NCBI GenBank assembly: GCA_026026165.1
Contig: JAPEUD010000009.1
Coordinates: forward strand, 310,001 to 374,000
DNA length: 64,000 nucleotides
DNA from: Sarea resinae
Lineage: Eukaryota
Reading direction: 5' to 3'
The notes under the pieces were generated by a model. It made no database searches and was not told the origin of the DNA. It saw only the letters and a list, made by a program, of their open reading frames with translations. This document shows, piece by piece, positions 42,939 to 56,226 of the stretch (position 1 is its first letter; every line of letters begins with the position of its first letter). The position numbers were made by a program, and so were the translations under genes.

Positions 42939-45900
42939 AGGGCTGAATGAGTGACACGAATTGGTGGCGAGAGGACGAAGAGCCCCGAAAGGAGACAGAG
43001 ACGGAAATTGGCGATGAAGATGTCACCACCAAGCTGATTCGTTTACCCTGTCTTTGTTTACTGTCCGATTACTGCTTTCAAGGTTTCGATCCGTGTCAGG
43101 CCCCGCAACGGTCGCTCGCATCGCCAATCCTGCCGCAGATCTTCCAGCGCACCTCGTCATACTGAAGGATCGTCCCCGGCGAGGTCGACGATGAAGACGA
43201 TTCATCTTGCTTCTTGCATGTGCACTTGCATCTGCAGCTGCATGAAACGGGCGAAAGAGAGAGAGAAAGTGGTGTCGATCCCGTCTCCCCACCCGACCGC
43301 CCGTCTAGACAAAGGCAGTATATCCTGGCAGAGATGAGACGAGATGAGATGAGATGCGATGGGGACGCGCAGATGCAGGCAAGGAAAAGGGTGCGATTCT
43401 AGTCTCTCGTGCGCGTCGTAGTCGCTGACCATCTCTCTCTCTCTCTCTCGTTCTTGTTGGCGCATCTCAATTCTTCTGGTCGGTCAGCGGGTTGCAAGCA
43501 TAAATGTTCATGTTACACGTATGGACGAATGGTCTGCATTAGACCCGTCGCACGCAACCGAGAAAGACCGATATTAGCGGACGCACGGTGTATGGTTGGC
43601 TGGCTGGGCTGGCTCTTCGTCTGGTCGGTCTGGCCTCTTGGCGTCTGCCGTACGGATACGGAGTACGAATTCAGAATACACCACTTACGGAGAGCAATGG
43701 ATATGGATACCTACCTTGCATCGCATCGCATGGCGGCCGGCCGTGCAAATGCATCAGAGAGGACTACCGTAGCGGTCGAGGGTGAGGGGTCGAGTCGGTC
43801 GGTAGGCCGATCGAGTCGAGTAAGGGATGGGTGGAGTAGTACGTCGGCTATGATGTCGACCTACTGCAGTACAGGTAAATCTTCATCGCCATGGATGAAT
43901 GACCGCAAATCACGACCCGCAATGGGAGGGAGCAAGCCAGAAGTCGGGGCTTTTTTCTTTCTTTCGCATCTGGGATCTAGGATCTAGGATCTACACATCA
44001 CCGACGCCAGCTATCTCCTAGGACGGTGATTTCGGCCAGGGCGCCCAGCAGACGGAACGGGGATGCCTGAGTCCGAACCAAGGTACTTCCCTGGCACGGA
44101 CATGGGTGTGGGCGATGGTCTCGATTGACTCGATGTGCGATCCGGGTGACCATTGGATGAGAGTCGTTCACGCGCAGGATGGCGCTGACTAGGGGACCAT
44201 CTCGGGCAAGGTCAGTCGGCCGTTCTGATTGAAGCGCAAGTTGTAAGGGTCCATGGCTCTTGGGCATCGTTCATCGATCCATGGTTTCCATTGCCTTCAC
44301 GATGCTCAGAGGTCATGCTAGATTGCCTTACCTCCAAAGGAGTCCAAAGGAGGCCGATCCCTTATTACCGCACCCGCCTACGCAGCATGCGAGAAAGTCA
44401 AATGCGATGTGAGACTCTGCCCGAATCGCTAGAAAAAGGCTCGCGGATTCCGTGATACAGATCTTACTACGGTATCGAATGCCTGCAAACGCTTCCTGCT
44501 CCCAGCGTGTCGCCAGCGAGTATTGCCATCTCGGCCAGATCTCCCCACGATCATCGGCCCGTCAGTCCGCCATTCCTGGTCGAGGGTCCTGGTCCTGCCT
44601 CGTCCCTGATGACGGTCGCTATGGGCCTCCGGCAATAATGGTCGAGGTCGCCCCGTGGAGCTACGAAAGGCACGGTGCAGTCCTTGCCTTGGCCGCGCTA
44701 TTCGCACGGCGTAGGAGGTAGGTCGGGTAGCTCGAGGGTTGATCGATACGGGGTCTTTGTACTGGCTCTCACCCTTGCCTTGCAAGTCCAGCCACCCCTG
44801 ACCATCAAATCTCTATCTCGGCTGCGTGCCACACTCCATCATTCAATCACTCACTCCACCGACCGCTCGCTCACTCGCTCCCTCACTCCACTCCGCCCGC
44901 CCAACGACTCCAGAGTCGATGTGGACGAGGAGACCTTGCCTCTCCGCAAGTATGGAGTAGTGGCACCCCTCCCATCCCCCCTCCCCTGCCCTACATACAT
45001 GCCCGCCTACTGCTGCTACATACGAATACTGCGTACATAGTAGACGTCCATTCAATGGATGGCAGACCGACGTAGATAGATCGAGGCGTACAAAAGGCTA
45101 CCTACCCTCGTATGTATCACCTGGGGAGTCTCAGCCCGTACCTCTACCTGCGAGTTTCACCCCGAGCAAGCCGTAAAACACCTAAAACACCGCCCGCCGC
45201 AAGGTATCATCTCGTACTCTGCATCCACCAGGCTTGACCGATCGGAACTTGTCCTCGTCGGCGGCCGTTTGTCACTGAGCATCCTGTGTGTCCTTGTGTC
45301 CCGGTCCTGGTCACGTTCCCTGGAAGATTGCTCGTCGTTGCTCCTCTCCTCTTTCGCTCCACTGCGGCTTCCATTGGAATTTCTCGCTTTCATCCACCCT
45401 GGCTGCGACCTGCCCTGTCCTGCCTGCTTGCCTGCCTGCCTGCGTGCGCACCCATCCCCGCCCCGCCACCGAAAGAAGTTGCGATCGTTTGGAGATGCCC
45501 ATCGCCCAGCCAGATGGTAGACTTCTGTCGGACGGGATGACCCATACGAGGACCTCCTCGCCGAGTATATCTCGCTGACCACCTGCTCATTTGATTCATC
45601 CTCTCTCACTTTCCAAAGCACCGCTCTGGCTCGATGCTTCTCTGCCTCTGATACTCTCTCTCTCTCTCTTCCTCCCTCCCTCTCTCGTTTTTCTCCCCAA
45701 CGGACCAATCGTGCTCGGTGCTTGAGGACGAAGGAGACAACCGCATCAATCTCGACATCAGCATCGACCCCGACCCCGACCCCACCGGTGACAGATCAAT
45801 CCGAGGATCTTCAGATTGATGGACAAGACCAGGCCCGACCCGACTAGACCTGGACCGATCCGATCTCGCCCATCAACCGAATCGAAGAAATAATCCCCGA

Positions 45901-46964
45901 CATCACATTTCATCACATTTCCTGACTTGATTAATTGCATCCTACCCCGTACCTGTCCTGTCCCACACGGTACGACTCACAGTACTCCGTACACTCGACC
46001 TTTGCACCACCAGAACCCAACCGCCCCCCTCCATACGTACCCCCAACATACCGACCTGAACCTTGCAATCGACATCATCATATCGGCAATATTGAACAAC
46101 TCTTCTGGTTTGTTTTCCTTCTCTTCGGCCGGTCGGCTCCCTACCTAGCTGCTACCTCACACGGTACCGAAGCACGCCGTCTCTCATCGGACGGGCCATC
46201 CCACCCCCCAACCCGCAGCATTGTATCGATCTACCCGACCGGGCGCCTTCGCTGACTTGGCCACTCTAGTCCTCAGCTCCACATCACTATTTTGCGGGTC
46301 TGAATTCAAACATTCTCCCATCTGCTAGTGCCGACAGGGAATCATTATCGATCTCTCCAAATCTCGACAAGCGATCGGTACGGGTCCACTGCTGCCAATC
46401 GCTGCACGTTCTGCGACAGCGGTCTCGCTATCAACTTAAGGTTGACCCGTCGCATTCTCGCCGGCGATCCTCTTTCTCGCTCGTTTGCCACACTTACCTT
46501 TTCTACTGAGCCGTCCGCTCTGCCAACTATCGTCGGTCTCAAAACTCTCAAGACTCATTGCCGACGAATAAATAATTCGCCCCCCCATTGCCTTGTCATT
46601 GTATTCAGCATTGAAATCTGAACCTGACTTTCGTTTGCGATTGATGATCGCGTGGAGAGAGGGTCTAGACCAATACCTCGCGCTACTACGTCAGTTGTCG
46701 GTGCCTGCCACTACTGCCGAGACGGCGTGTCGCTAACGTAAGTTCACTGACGGCTATCATATTTATCCCCAGGTATCGCGGAGATAGCGCCATCACTATG
46801 CTAACATCCCGCTCCTTAGTGCCGAGACTCGACGCTTTTGCGACTCGCGTCTCTTACATTATCGAACGCGACGAAGGGCCAACATCGCATCGAGGTCTGG
46901 AGACTTTCGATCGATAGACTTTGATTCTCGACGTTACGGTCGAGATCAGCCTCGAGACGCAGTC

Positions 46965-49132
46965 ATGGTTCGAACGTCGCACTTTGGTGCTCCAAGACGG
47001 GACGCGGCGTCTGGAGAGGGAGGGTTTGGCGATTTGCTTCCGCAGAAGCCATTGCCGCAGCAAATGCAGCCTCGCTACCCTATCGTGAGTGCACTGCTTC
47101 ATCCATCGCCGACTCTGAAGGAACTTCTATAGAAGGTGGCTGATACAATCGTCGCATCTTAGAGCATCTCTGAGGCTCTCAGAGATGTGTGCAACATACC
47201 ACACCGGGCCTTTGCAATCATGGTCCTTGATGAGCGGGGCCGCGTGGGGACACACATGTCTCCCGCTATCGACAAGTTGGGTAAGACGATCTTCCCGCGA
47301 GACGTCCGCGACCGGTTTGCCCAAGCCGTTCGCGACTCAATTTCTGGTGCCAACCACAAAGCTGCAGGTACTTGTCATGCCCTCTCATGCGATCCTGGAA
47401 CGCTTGAAAGCTGACCATGATGATAGAGCAACGATATGACAACTTCAGGCCCGCTTCGGACGATGAACCTGCTAGAGGCTCAGCAGCCTGCCCATCCGAC
47501 AGTCCACGCCCGCTCCTCCGTAGGTCGTCGATAAAGAGACCAAACATTCGAAGAAGGGCTTCTTCTGCGAGAGAGGAATCACACTTGGCGAAGCGTCGCA
47601 AGGCTAGCTCAAGGGACACTGCGATCGTTGAACCGATCGAGCTTTCCGATAGCGACAGTATGGAAGACAGCGAGTCCAACTCTAAATTCAACGAAGGTTG
47701 CCACGATGCACTCGAGATCGGGGATGAGAAGGCTCTGCAAGAGTTCTTCGATACTCGCTTCAAGCAATTCCAACAGTTGAATTGCAAAGCTGTCGCAAAA
47801 CAATGGATCAAAGTCGTCGAGCCTAAAAAGCAGACCAATTTCCCCTACAAAGCTGCCGAAGACGACGGACCCCCTTGGTGGCCCAAAGGTGTCCGGCACC
47901 GAGAGCCTGATCATCTTCTCAAGCCTGGTGAGCGCTGTCTTGCATTATGATATCTCATTTCAGCTACTAATCAATGCGCTTAGAGCGACTTGCACTTCTC
48001 ATGACTTTACTACGACTCTGGAAGAAGGAGCAATATAAGCATGTTACCGTCTCCAGCTTGGAAGCCTCAACCAAGGAACTCAAGTTCGATCAGGGGAAAG
48101 GCAAAGATAAACGTCACATTCTCGATGAGATCTACCGGGTTGCTAAGATGGAAGAAGAGCTGTTCAGCGGTGCCATTGGTCTGTTGCCACTTCTCGAATT
48201 TGATCATTATCCCCCCAAATTAACCAATCAGTATAGATTCCGACACCATCGTATATGTTGCCTCCTCGGCGAAGATTCCTCGACATCACGAAAGGTTCCC
48301 GTCAGCCGAGTCCAATGCGGAATCCTGCAATACGGCTATACCTAGCAGTCACAGCTTCGACAGTAGTGAGAGAATACCCATGGAACAGCATCATAGTCCT
48401 GATCTTGTCGTTCCCGTCAATCATCTTGATTTTCAAGGAGCGCGCGCAGAACAGATTTCATTTCCCGACAGATCACCTACATCGCAACGAAGCGAGGAAG
48501 AATTCTACTCCAACATGGGCCGCCCTCCGCCTAACCAGCATCTACCACCACCAATAAATCACGCAGATTACCAATCGCAGTATGTGCAGCAATTGCCCAT
48601 GGAAGAAACGTCTCCTTATGCACAACACCCAAATCAAATGGCTCAGAATGCAAACTTCCTGCCAAGAGGTACTCCTTTCATGCCCCCAAATTCGGGCCCT
48701 GGCTTCCGAGAAAGAGGGTATAACATGTCTCCCCATGCCACACAATATCAGAGTTGGCCTTCTCCAGCGATGAGCAACAACTTCGGTCCCCAGATGCACT
48801 ATCCTTATCTTCCGACTTCAGCTGCCCCTCCAAACCAACCCATTTCGCAGCATCAGTACCAACTGCCGCCAGTACCACACAACACCGGAGGCTTGCCGTC
48901 AATGATGCCCCATCAAGTTTCTCAGCCTCTTCCAGACCTTCCGGGCGCAAGAGTGCAACCCCAATTTGACGGCCACATGCCTGGGGCGCCCTTTCGAACC
49001 GGCTCACTAAGTCATCCTCACGGTATCCCTCATCAACCTTATGAATTTCTGCATGATGATGCAGCGCGCGAGTACATGCACCTAAGCGGTCAAGTTCCTG
49101 GCCTCAAATCCGACCCTATGACCGGGTCTTAG
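46965..49132 (+). CDS. DUF2841 / YDR124W-like fungal protein; 5 exons (46965-47084, 47163-47367, 47427-47927, 47984-48178, 48237-49132), 638 aa
   Basis: FKQFQQLNCKAVAKQWIKVVEPKKQTNFPY...PPWWPKGVRHREPDHLLKPER is the recalled DUF2841 signature. P/Q-rich C-terminus; exon sum is divisible by 3. Confidence 0.85.
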
Positions 49133-50116
49133 TCATGAATGCTCTGATGGGTCACTCGACAAAGCACAGGGTGCCACTAATTCAGATGCTTTCTCTCTAA
49201 CTTGATGGTCACTTTAGCGCTTCATGGTTAGGCGTCCTGCTTTCATCGTCTTACCCTAGAAAATGCCCTTTTTTCTTTTTCTTTTTACGACTGTGCATGC
49301 TTTCACCGTCTTGCATATCGCCTTATGAGGGATTTTTCCGGCCCTTTTGATATGTTCTCGTCATAAAGCGTCTCTTGTCTCCTGTATGAATATAGCCTTT
49401 GAACTTTCGTGAGCATCAACAGGGAGGTAGCGGTCGTGCTATAAGCCTGGATTTTGGTGGTTCGGGTGGATTCTTGGATATTGTGGTGTATGGGTATGGG
49501 TGTTTGCCTTATCATTGCAGCAGGTATATCATCGAGAAGTGATCGTGGAGCGTTGCGACCAGGCTGGGAATCATGGGGTCGAATAGCAGCACATTTTGGT
49601 TTGGAAGTGTAGTAGCTTAGCGGTATATCTAAATATGATCTCTAGAGAGACACGAAACACGAATCATACACGCTCGAATCGCGGACGCTCATTTGTGCAT
49701 TGATGAGTGCTTGGATCATAAATCTTCCATCTTCACTCATTTCCTGGTATCCGCTTCGAATTGTCTGTTGACTGAGATGTGGAAATCGCATTTGCCGGTG
49801 TACTATGTAGATTACTCCGATAGAATGGATTCAATAGAAGAGTGATGCGTTCTGCAATACGTCGTGCACGGACCACTATCTCAAAGCTTGGCATTCGCGA
49901 ACACCAGTGACCAGCATCGTCTATAGCTCCAAGGTGTCCCCACGATAACAAAGAACCATCCATCGTCAACACCCGCCTTCCGAATCATCTGTCAGCTTTT
50001 CCTCTTGTACATCGGGTTTCCGTGCATGATGGATATCGTTCGACGACAGGCCTGAAGACGTCGCGTTCTCTGGATGCGTACCAAATCAGCGCATCTCGAA
50101 GCTGGCCACCGCGGTG

Positions 50117-53100
50117 ATGCCGCCGTTACGGGGTGGAGGGCATGGGCCGGATTCTGGTATTCGGCCTAGGGGAGCTTCAAGGGGAGGAGCCGCAGTTGCA
50201 GGAGGAGGACGCGGTCGTGATCGTCCTGGCAGTGTCTTGAACCCTTCAGATCGAGCAAAACGGGACGGTCGACGAGAGCGCTTCCAGAATCCGACGTCAT
50301 CAATCCTTGCCAATGGCACGAACAGAAATACTGCGACAAAGAGCCGTGCATCATCTTCCTTCAAGAATAATTCCATGCGCTTTCCTTCGGCCTCGACGAA
50401 ACCGCAGACTACTGGGATAGATCATTTCGGCAAAGGGCAAGGATGGCGGGACCCTACCGTGGAAGGAAATACGGATTATATGAAAAGGATGAACGATTTC
50501 TATCAAAAGGTATGGTTCCGCGTATCATTTACTGACCGAAGGCTCCTAGAATGACTTTGCCGCCACCGTGCTATAGCTGAAAAAGGACCGAGAGAACGAG
50601 CGGCGGGAGGCCATTGCTCAAGGCTTTCTTGCGGACCCTAATAAGGCCGTCTCTCTTGCGGATGCCATCACACCCGTGGGAACGTGTCAGGATATGTGCC
50701 CGGAGTTTGAGAGGGTTGAGAGAATCGTACAAAATGAAGTAAAGGGACCAGAGAAGGTGAGGCTTCGCGAAAGGTTCTGGGCGCAATAGCGGGTATTAAG
50801 GCACATCTTCCCTAGGTCACCATTTATTCGACATCCGGAGAAAACGATAAGCCAATGCCCAGCGAGGGACGTATGGTCAAGAAATTTCGAAGATCGGCTG
50901 CCGGTCACGACGAGCAGCTTCCATCGGATATTCGACCTCCACTTGTTCTCAAGGTGATTATGGTCCGCGTCTGAGAGAGAAGAGAAATGGTTCTAAGGCC
51001 TCGCAGAAAACCCTGGATTATCTTATGAATGACGTCGTTGGAAATTGCGAACGACTTGGAGATGTCCATCACTTTGTCTGGGACCGGACACGCGCCATTC
51101 GGAACGACTTTTCGATACAACAGCTCACTAAGGCTCCCGACTTGACAATTGCGATCGAGTGCTTTGAGCGCATCGCGAGATTCCACATCCTGTCTCTCCA
51201 TCTCCTGTCCCTTCCGGGCAGCACATACTCTGAGTACACCAACCATCAGGAACAGGAACAACTCGACAAGACTCTTTTATCCCTCATGTATTATTACGAC
51301 GACAGCAGAAAGGTCCTCCATTCGCCTAATGAAGCCGAATTTCGCGCCTATTGCATCATCTTCCAGATTCGCGAGCGATGTCCAGATACTGAAGAACGAG
51401 CTCAGCGATGGCCGAAGAACGTGTTGTGGGATCCTCGTGTGCAAAGAGCGCTCAAGCTCTATAGTGCAGCTGGAAACACATTAGACACGCAGGGTCCTTT
51501 GCAGCCGTATACCACTTATGCTATTGCCCAGGGAAACTACGGCAGGTTTTGGGCTATGTTAGCCTCTAGCGAAATATCCTACCTTATGGCTTGTGTCGCC
51601 GAGATCTACTTCAACCACATCCGGAAAACAGCACTTACCTCGATAGTGAGAGCCTACAAACAGGGGGGTCAATCCAGGAACGAAGACTGGACGTTGAGTG
51701 AATTAGCTCCGATCCTTGGCTTCGACGAAGAACAACAAGCCGAAGATTTCTGCGAGGCATATGGCCTTACTATCATAGAAAAAGGGGACGGTGAAGCGTG
51801 TCTTGAAATAGGACCAGCAACGGGCAAAGACCTCATAGGTATGCTACCATGTAATACTTACGGATGCCCGACCTAAGAGAATACCAGATCCGTCGCCACC
51901 TCCACAACAAGTCTTTTCGGAGATTTTGGTCGAGAGCAAGCGCTATCGTCGAACCTTACCTGCGATCATCAACGGCCTCGGCGTTATAAAGGCAAGGGAA
52001 CAAGGCCTGATCGAGGAAGAACCCATGAACGGTGACACGATACCTCCGAAGAAGACGAACGATTCACTTTTCCTTACTGAGGATTCCGACGAAGCTTCAG
52101 AGACCGAATCGAAATCCTCTACCAATGGCGCGAGAAGCAATCAATTGGAAAATGCCAAGCTCAATCCTTCGGCGCCTACCTTTAATCCCTTCAATCCTTT
52201 CGGCTTACCCAGCTCCAATCCACCTACTTCGAAATCTCCTAACGCGGCCGTCCCTAGTTCGCCGGCACCCCCTGCCGTCAAATTCGGAGCTCCCGCTCAG
52301 TCACCATCCCCGAGTCTCTTTGGAATGCCGAGTACAGCTTTCGGGAAGCCAAGTACACCCAGATCTGCAGAGACACCACCCCTCAACACTATGTCTTCTA
52401 CTCCTAGTACTCTCTTCGGTACTCCGAACTCATTTGGTACCGGAAACCCCCCTGCCACTACTCATTTCGGTACTTCGAGCTCCTCAAATACTGGAAACCC
52501 GTCCGCCTCTTCAATCTTTGGTGCTCCAAGTGTGTCTAATCCTTTCGCTAAACCTCTACCCCCATCCCCTGCCGAGGCACCTGGATCATCAGGGTCTTCC
52601 GCCACGACTGCGACCCCAGCCACAGCACCGCAGTCAAGCTGGCCATCTACATCTTTCGGATCACCCACTTTTGGGTCACCCTTTCTCCAACCGCAGGCAA
52701 AACCAGCGCCGTCGCCCAAGCCGTTGGAGGCAGAAAAACCGCTTCCTCCAACGAGTAACGTCTCAGCCATTCTCAATGAAAGTTCCCAATCGAAGTCCTC
52801 CTTTCCCCCCCCGACACAAGAAAGTACACCCTTCAAACCATCCACACCATCCACACTATTCCAACCGTTACGACAATTTCAACCTCCCCCCATCTCTACG
52901 CCACCTGCTCAGCCTCCATCATCATTCGTTCAACCCAATCCCACGTCTCCCTTGTTCCAACCTGCAGAGAAGAAGCTGGAAGCTTCCGGCAAAGATCCGC
53001 TATCTCTCGTCACCAAGAAAGTATCAGCCACACCTCCGCTTGCAAAGTTGCCGGCCGCCAAATCCGAATCGACCAGTCCTCCAACTGGATCGACAGATCG

Positions 53101-54968
53101 ACCTGTTACTTTTAAGCCGCCACCAGACATTGCGCAAACGATAACCCCTCCAGCGCCGCCGCTTGGACCAACTCCAGAACAACGAAGACAAAAGGCTCAG
53201 GAAACGAGGAAAACAGTACTCGATAACCTGGCACACACTTCAACGCTCGAACCAAACGGCCTACTCCAACAATTCATCGATCATACGGTCAGCCTAATAG
53301 CATCCTGCGCCAAAGCCGAATTCGAGGAAGAGAGTCTTCGCCGTCAAGCTGGTTAGTTCCTTTTTTGTTCTTCATTCATAGCTTGAGTGAATACGACATG
53401 ATGACTGACTCGAAATAGATGACCTCCGTCAGTCACTCCTCGCACGAAGATTTGTTCGACGCTGGAAAGACATATGCTGGAAGCTTAGTCTGCTACGCAA
53501 AGGACGTGAAAGACGACAGCGATATGCGCGAGACATGCAAGCTCTTGTGAATGGGAAGGGAGCACAACGTCCAGACATCGAGACCGAATTTGAACAGTTC
53601 CGCCGCTCAGCTAGAGAGTCCAAGGTGAATGGCACGACTTCTCCACATGTTACGGTACCTCAACCGCAATATCAACAGCGACCACTTCGCAAACGAAAAT
53701 CACTCCCTTCCGATTTCAGGACCACCATGGCATCAGAAGCGGATCAGCACGCCCGTCGCGTAAAACAGAAGCGCGAGGATGTGGCCGACGCCCTTCCATC
53801 AACAGCTCGAAAGGACAAGCTCTCACGCTCCCAGCTCATCACGCGCCATCATCGCTCCAGTACCCTTGACCACGCCGCGCTGCCCTCACCGGCATCCGAA
53901 GCCCTCTCTCTATCTCTCAATGGCGGTAGCCCTACCAATTGGCGAACCAGTCCCAATTCCAGCACCTCATCTCTAAACTCGTTCTTCTTGTCCGGCCGTT
54001 CTCTCCTCAGTAATTCTGTGCTCGAGCGAGCGAAGGCCTTGGTGCCTAGTGTAGCGCGGGGTGGGAGGATGGACAGTACGCACACGAATTATTTCCGGAT
54101 GAAGGCATTGGGATTGGATCCAGGAGGCGGGGCAAGGAAGCGAAAGGCCACCGAGGCAGGCGAAGAAGAGCAGCGGGAGATGGGAGCTACTTCTAGGGTC
54201 AGAGCTAAAAGCATCAGTGGAGGGGTGATAGGTGAAAGGTTCAGAAGAAGTGCGCCAGGTGCCGCGAAGCATTCACATTCGTCATCGACCTCGTCTCCTC
54301 TATCATCGCAGCAACGACACAAGTCCTCAGCAGCAGTTTCATCCTCTCTGCTCAAGCAACGCCAAACCCATCTTTCCCCACCGGCTGTCGCGATGACGCC
54401 AACCATGCCGGCCAATACCGCCGCGACGGGATCGGCGACGGTCTCTCCCACCCATCACCACCAAGCCGCCCGAGGCAGTTCTGCGCAAGGCGACGACGAC
54501 GACGAGGCCCTCTTCGCCCAGCTCCGATCCCTCAAGGACGCCATGAGCGAATCCCGGCGTTTCTTCCAGGACGCCGTCGCTCGCGATGATCAGGGGAGGA
54601 GTAGCGATATGAACTCTGATCCGGAGGTCGGAAACCCTGCTGCTGCCGCCACCGCGGCTGTTGGTAATGGTCAAGTCGGACGCCTGGATCCAGGTTCGGC
54701 TTCTGCCGTCGGGAATGGAAATGGAAATGGAAATGGCGGTTATGGGTATGGGTATGGACATAGAGGAGATGACGGCAACAACCGGGCAGGGCCTTCATTC
54801 GGGCAAGGGCCTAGGGGCTCTGGTTCTGGTATCCATGTTGGCGTTGGTGCTGGTGCTGTTGGTGTTGGTACTGATGTTGATGGGGATGGTAATAATGACT
54901 GTGGCTCTGGCACACCGGCAGGCGGAGGAGGAGCGGGCACGAGCTTCGACGACGCCATCGAGCTTTGA
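50117..54968 (+). CDS. sac3: Sac3/GANP (TREX-2 mRNA export scaffold); 6 exons
   Basis: VGTCQDMCPEFER, MVKKFRRSAAG, LPSDIRPP, FVWDRTRAIRNDFSIQ, ERIARFHI and NEAEFRAY; S/P-rich FG-containing middle region. Confidence 0.93.
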
Positions 54969-55238
54969 CTCCGTCTTTCTTCTCAGCACTCCAAAACAAT
55001 CCCATCACTCTCGCTCTTTCGCTCTCTGGCGACCGAGCTGCGAAATGGCTACTTCTGCTATGCCATGCCATGCCATGCATACCGATGGGCTTTAGGATGA
55101 GCAGTATCGCATCGGATTCGGACATGGGCTACGTACGCTAGGTCACATTACCTTTTCAGTAGCTCCTCTCTCTCTCTCTCTCTTTCGAAAGTACAATAGC
55201 AGTAATCTACATTGCAAATAAGAAGCCGGTCCAACCTT

Positions 55239-55295
55239 GATGAACCCGATGAACCCGATGAACCCGATGAACCCGATGACCCAATGACCCGATGA
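55239..55295. repeat. (GATGAACCC)4 plus 2-3 degenerate units
   Basis: Seen directly, between the convergent sac3 and UIM-gene 3' ends. Confidence 0.93.
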
Positions 55296-55615
55296 GATAG
55301 AAGAGAGAAAATTCTATTTGAAAATGCTGCTAATACTACTGACTACTGACTACCGACTGTTGACCAACCTTCCCTCTTGACCGGCTCTTCCAAGACAACA
55401 GGGACAAAGGAGCACCAAATGGAGAAAGAGCAGGCGAGGAGAGAAGAGACGAGAAAATACAGACGGACGGACTGGAAGAACTACAGGATGAAATGCAATG
55501 CAACCTGTACACCGCTCGAACCCCCCAAAAAGAAACGACTGGCATATCAATGAAACTGAACTACAACTGACAGACTGAGCTGCGGAGCATAACAAGTCCC
55601 AGACAACACTGACAA

Positions 55616-56226
55616 AGCTGCGACTACCGACCGTCTGGACCTCGAACCTTGATTCCACATCATACATGCCTATTCGATCGAATTCAGGGTCCGGCGAACT
55701 CGACATGTGAGGAGGGATCGACGTTGTCAGCATTTTCCACGGCACCGGCACTGCCAACGGCGCCGGCATCACTCATTTCCCTGTCGCCGTCACTATCGCT
55801 GTGTCGAGGACTCGTGTAGTTCTTGCTCGCACTCGGTCTGCTGCTATAATTATACTGTTCCTCCTCTGCGTTGTCGTCGTCGTCGTTGTCGTCGATGCTA
55901 ATGGCTTCTCTCTCTCTCCCTCAGCTGCGACTACTAACTGTCTGGACCTTGAACCTTGATTCCACATCGTACATGCCTATTCAACCGATTTCAGGGTCCG
56001 GCGAAGTCGACTTGTGAGGAAGGCTCGGCGTTATCGGCACTTTCCACGGCACCGGCACTGCCAACGGCGCCGGCATCGCTCATTTCCCTGTCGCTGTCAC
56101 TATCGCCGTGTCGAGGACTTGTGTAGTTCTTGCCCGCTCCCGGTCCGCGGCCATAATCATACTGTTCCTCCTCTGCGTCGTCGTCGTCGTCGTCGTCGAT
56201 GCTGATGACTTCTCTCTCCCTCCCTC
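55616..56226. repeat. Direct tandem duplication (55616-55922 and 55923-56226, about 90% identical) of the 3' end of the UIM gene
   Basis: Hand alignment gives about 32 substitutions and one 3-nt indel. Confidence 0.95.

Noticed and set aside
42947..43165. 72-aa ORF MSDTNWWREDEEPRK...
   Set aside because: Short, follows a microsatellite, with no recognisable homology or splice support.
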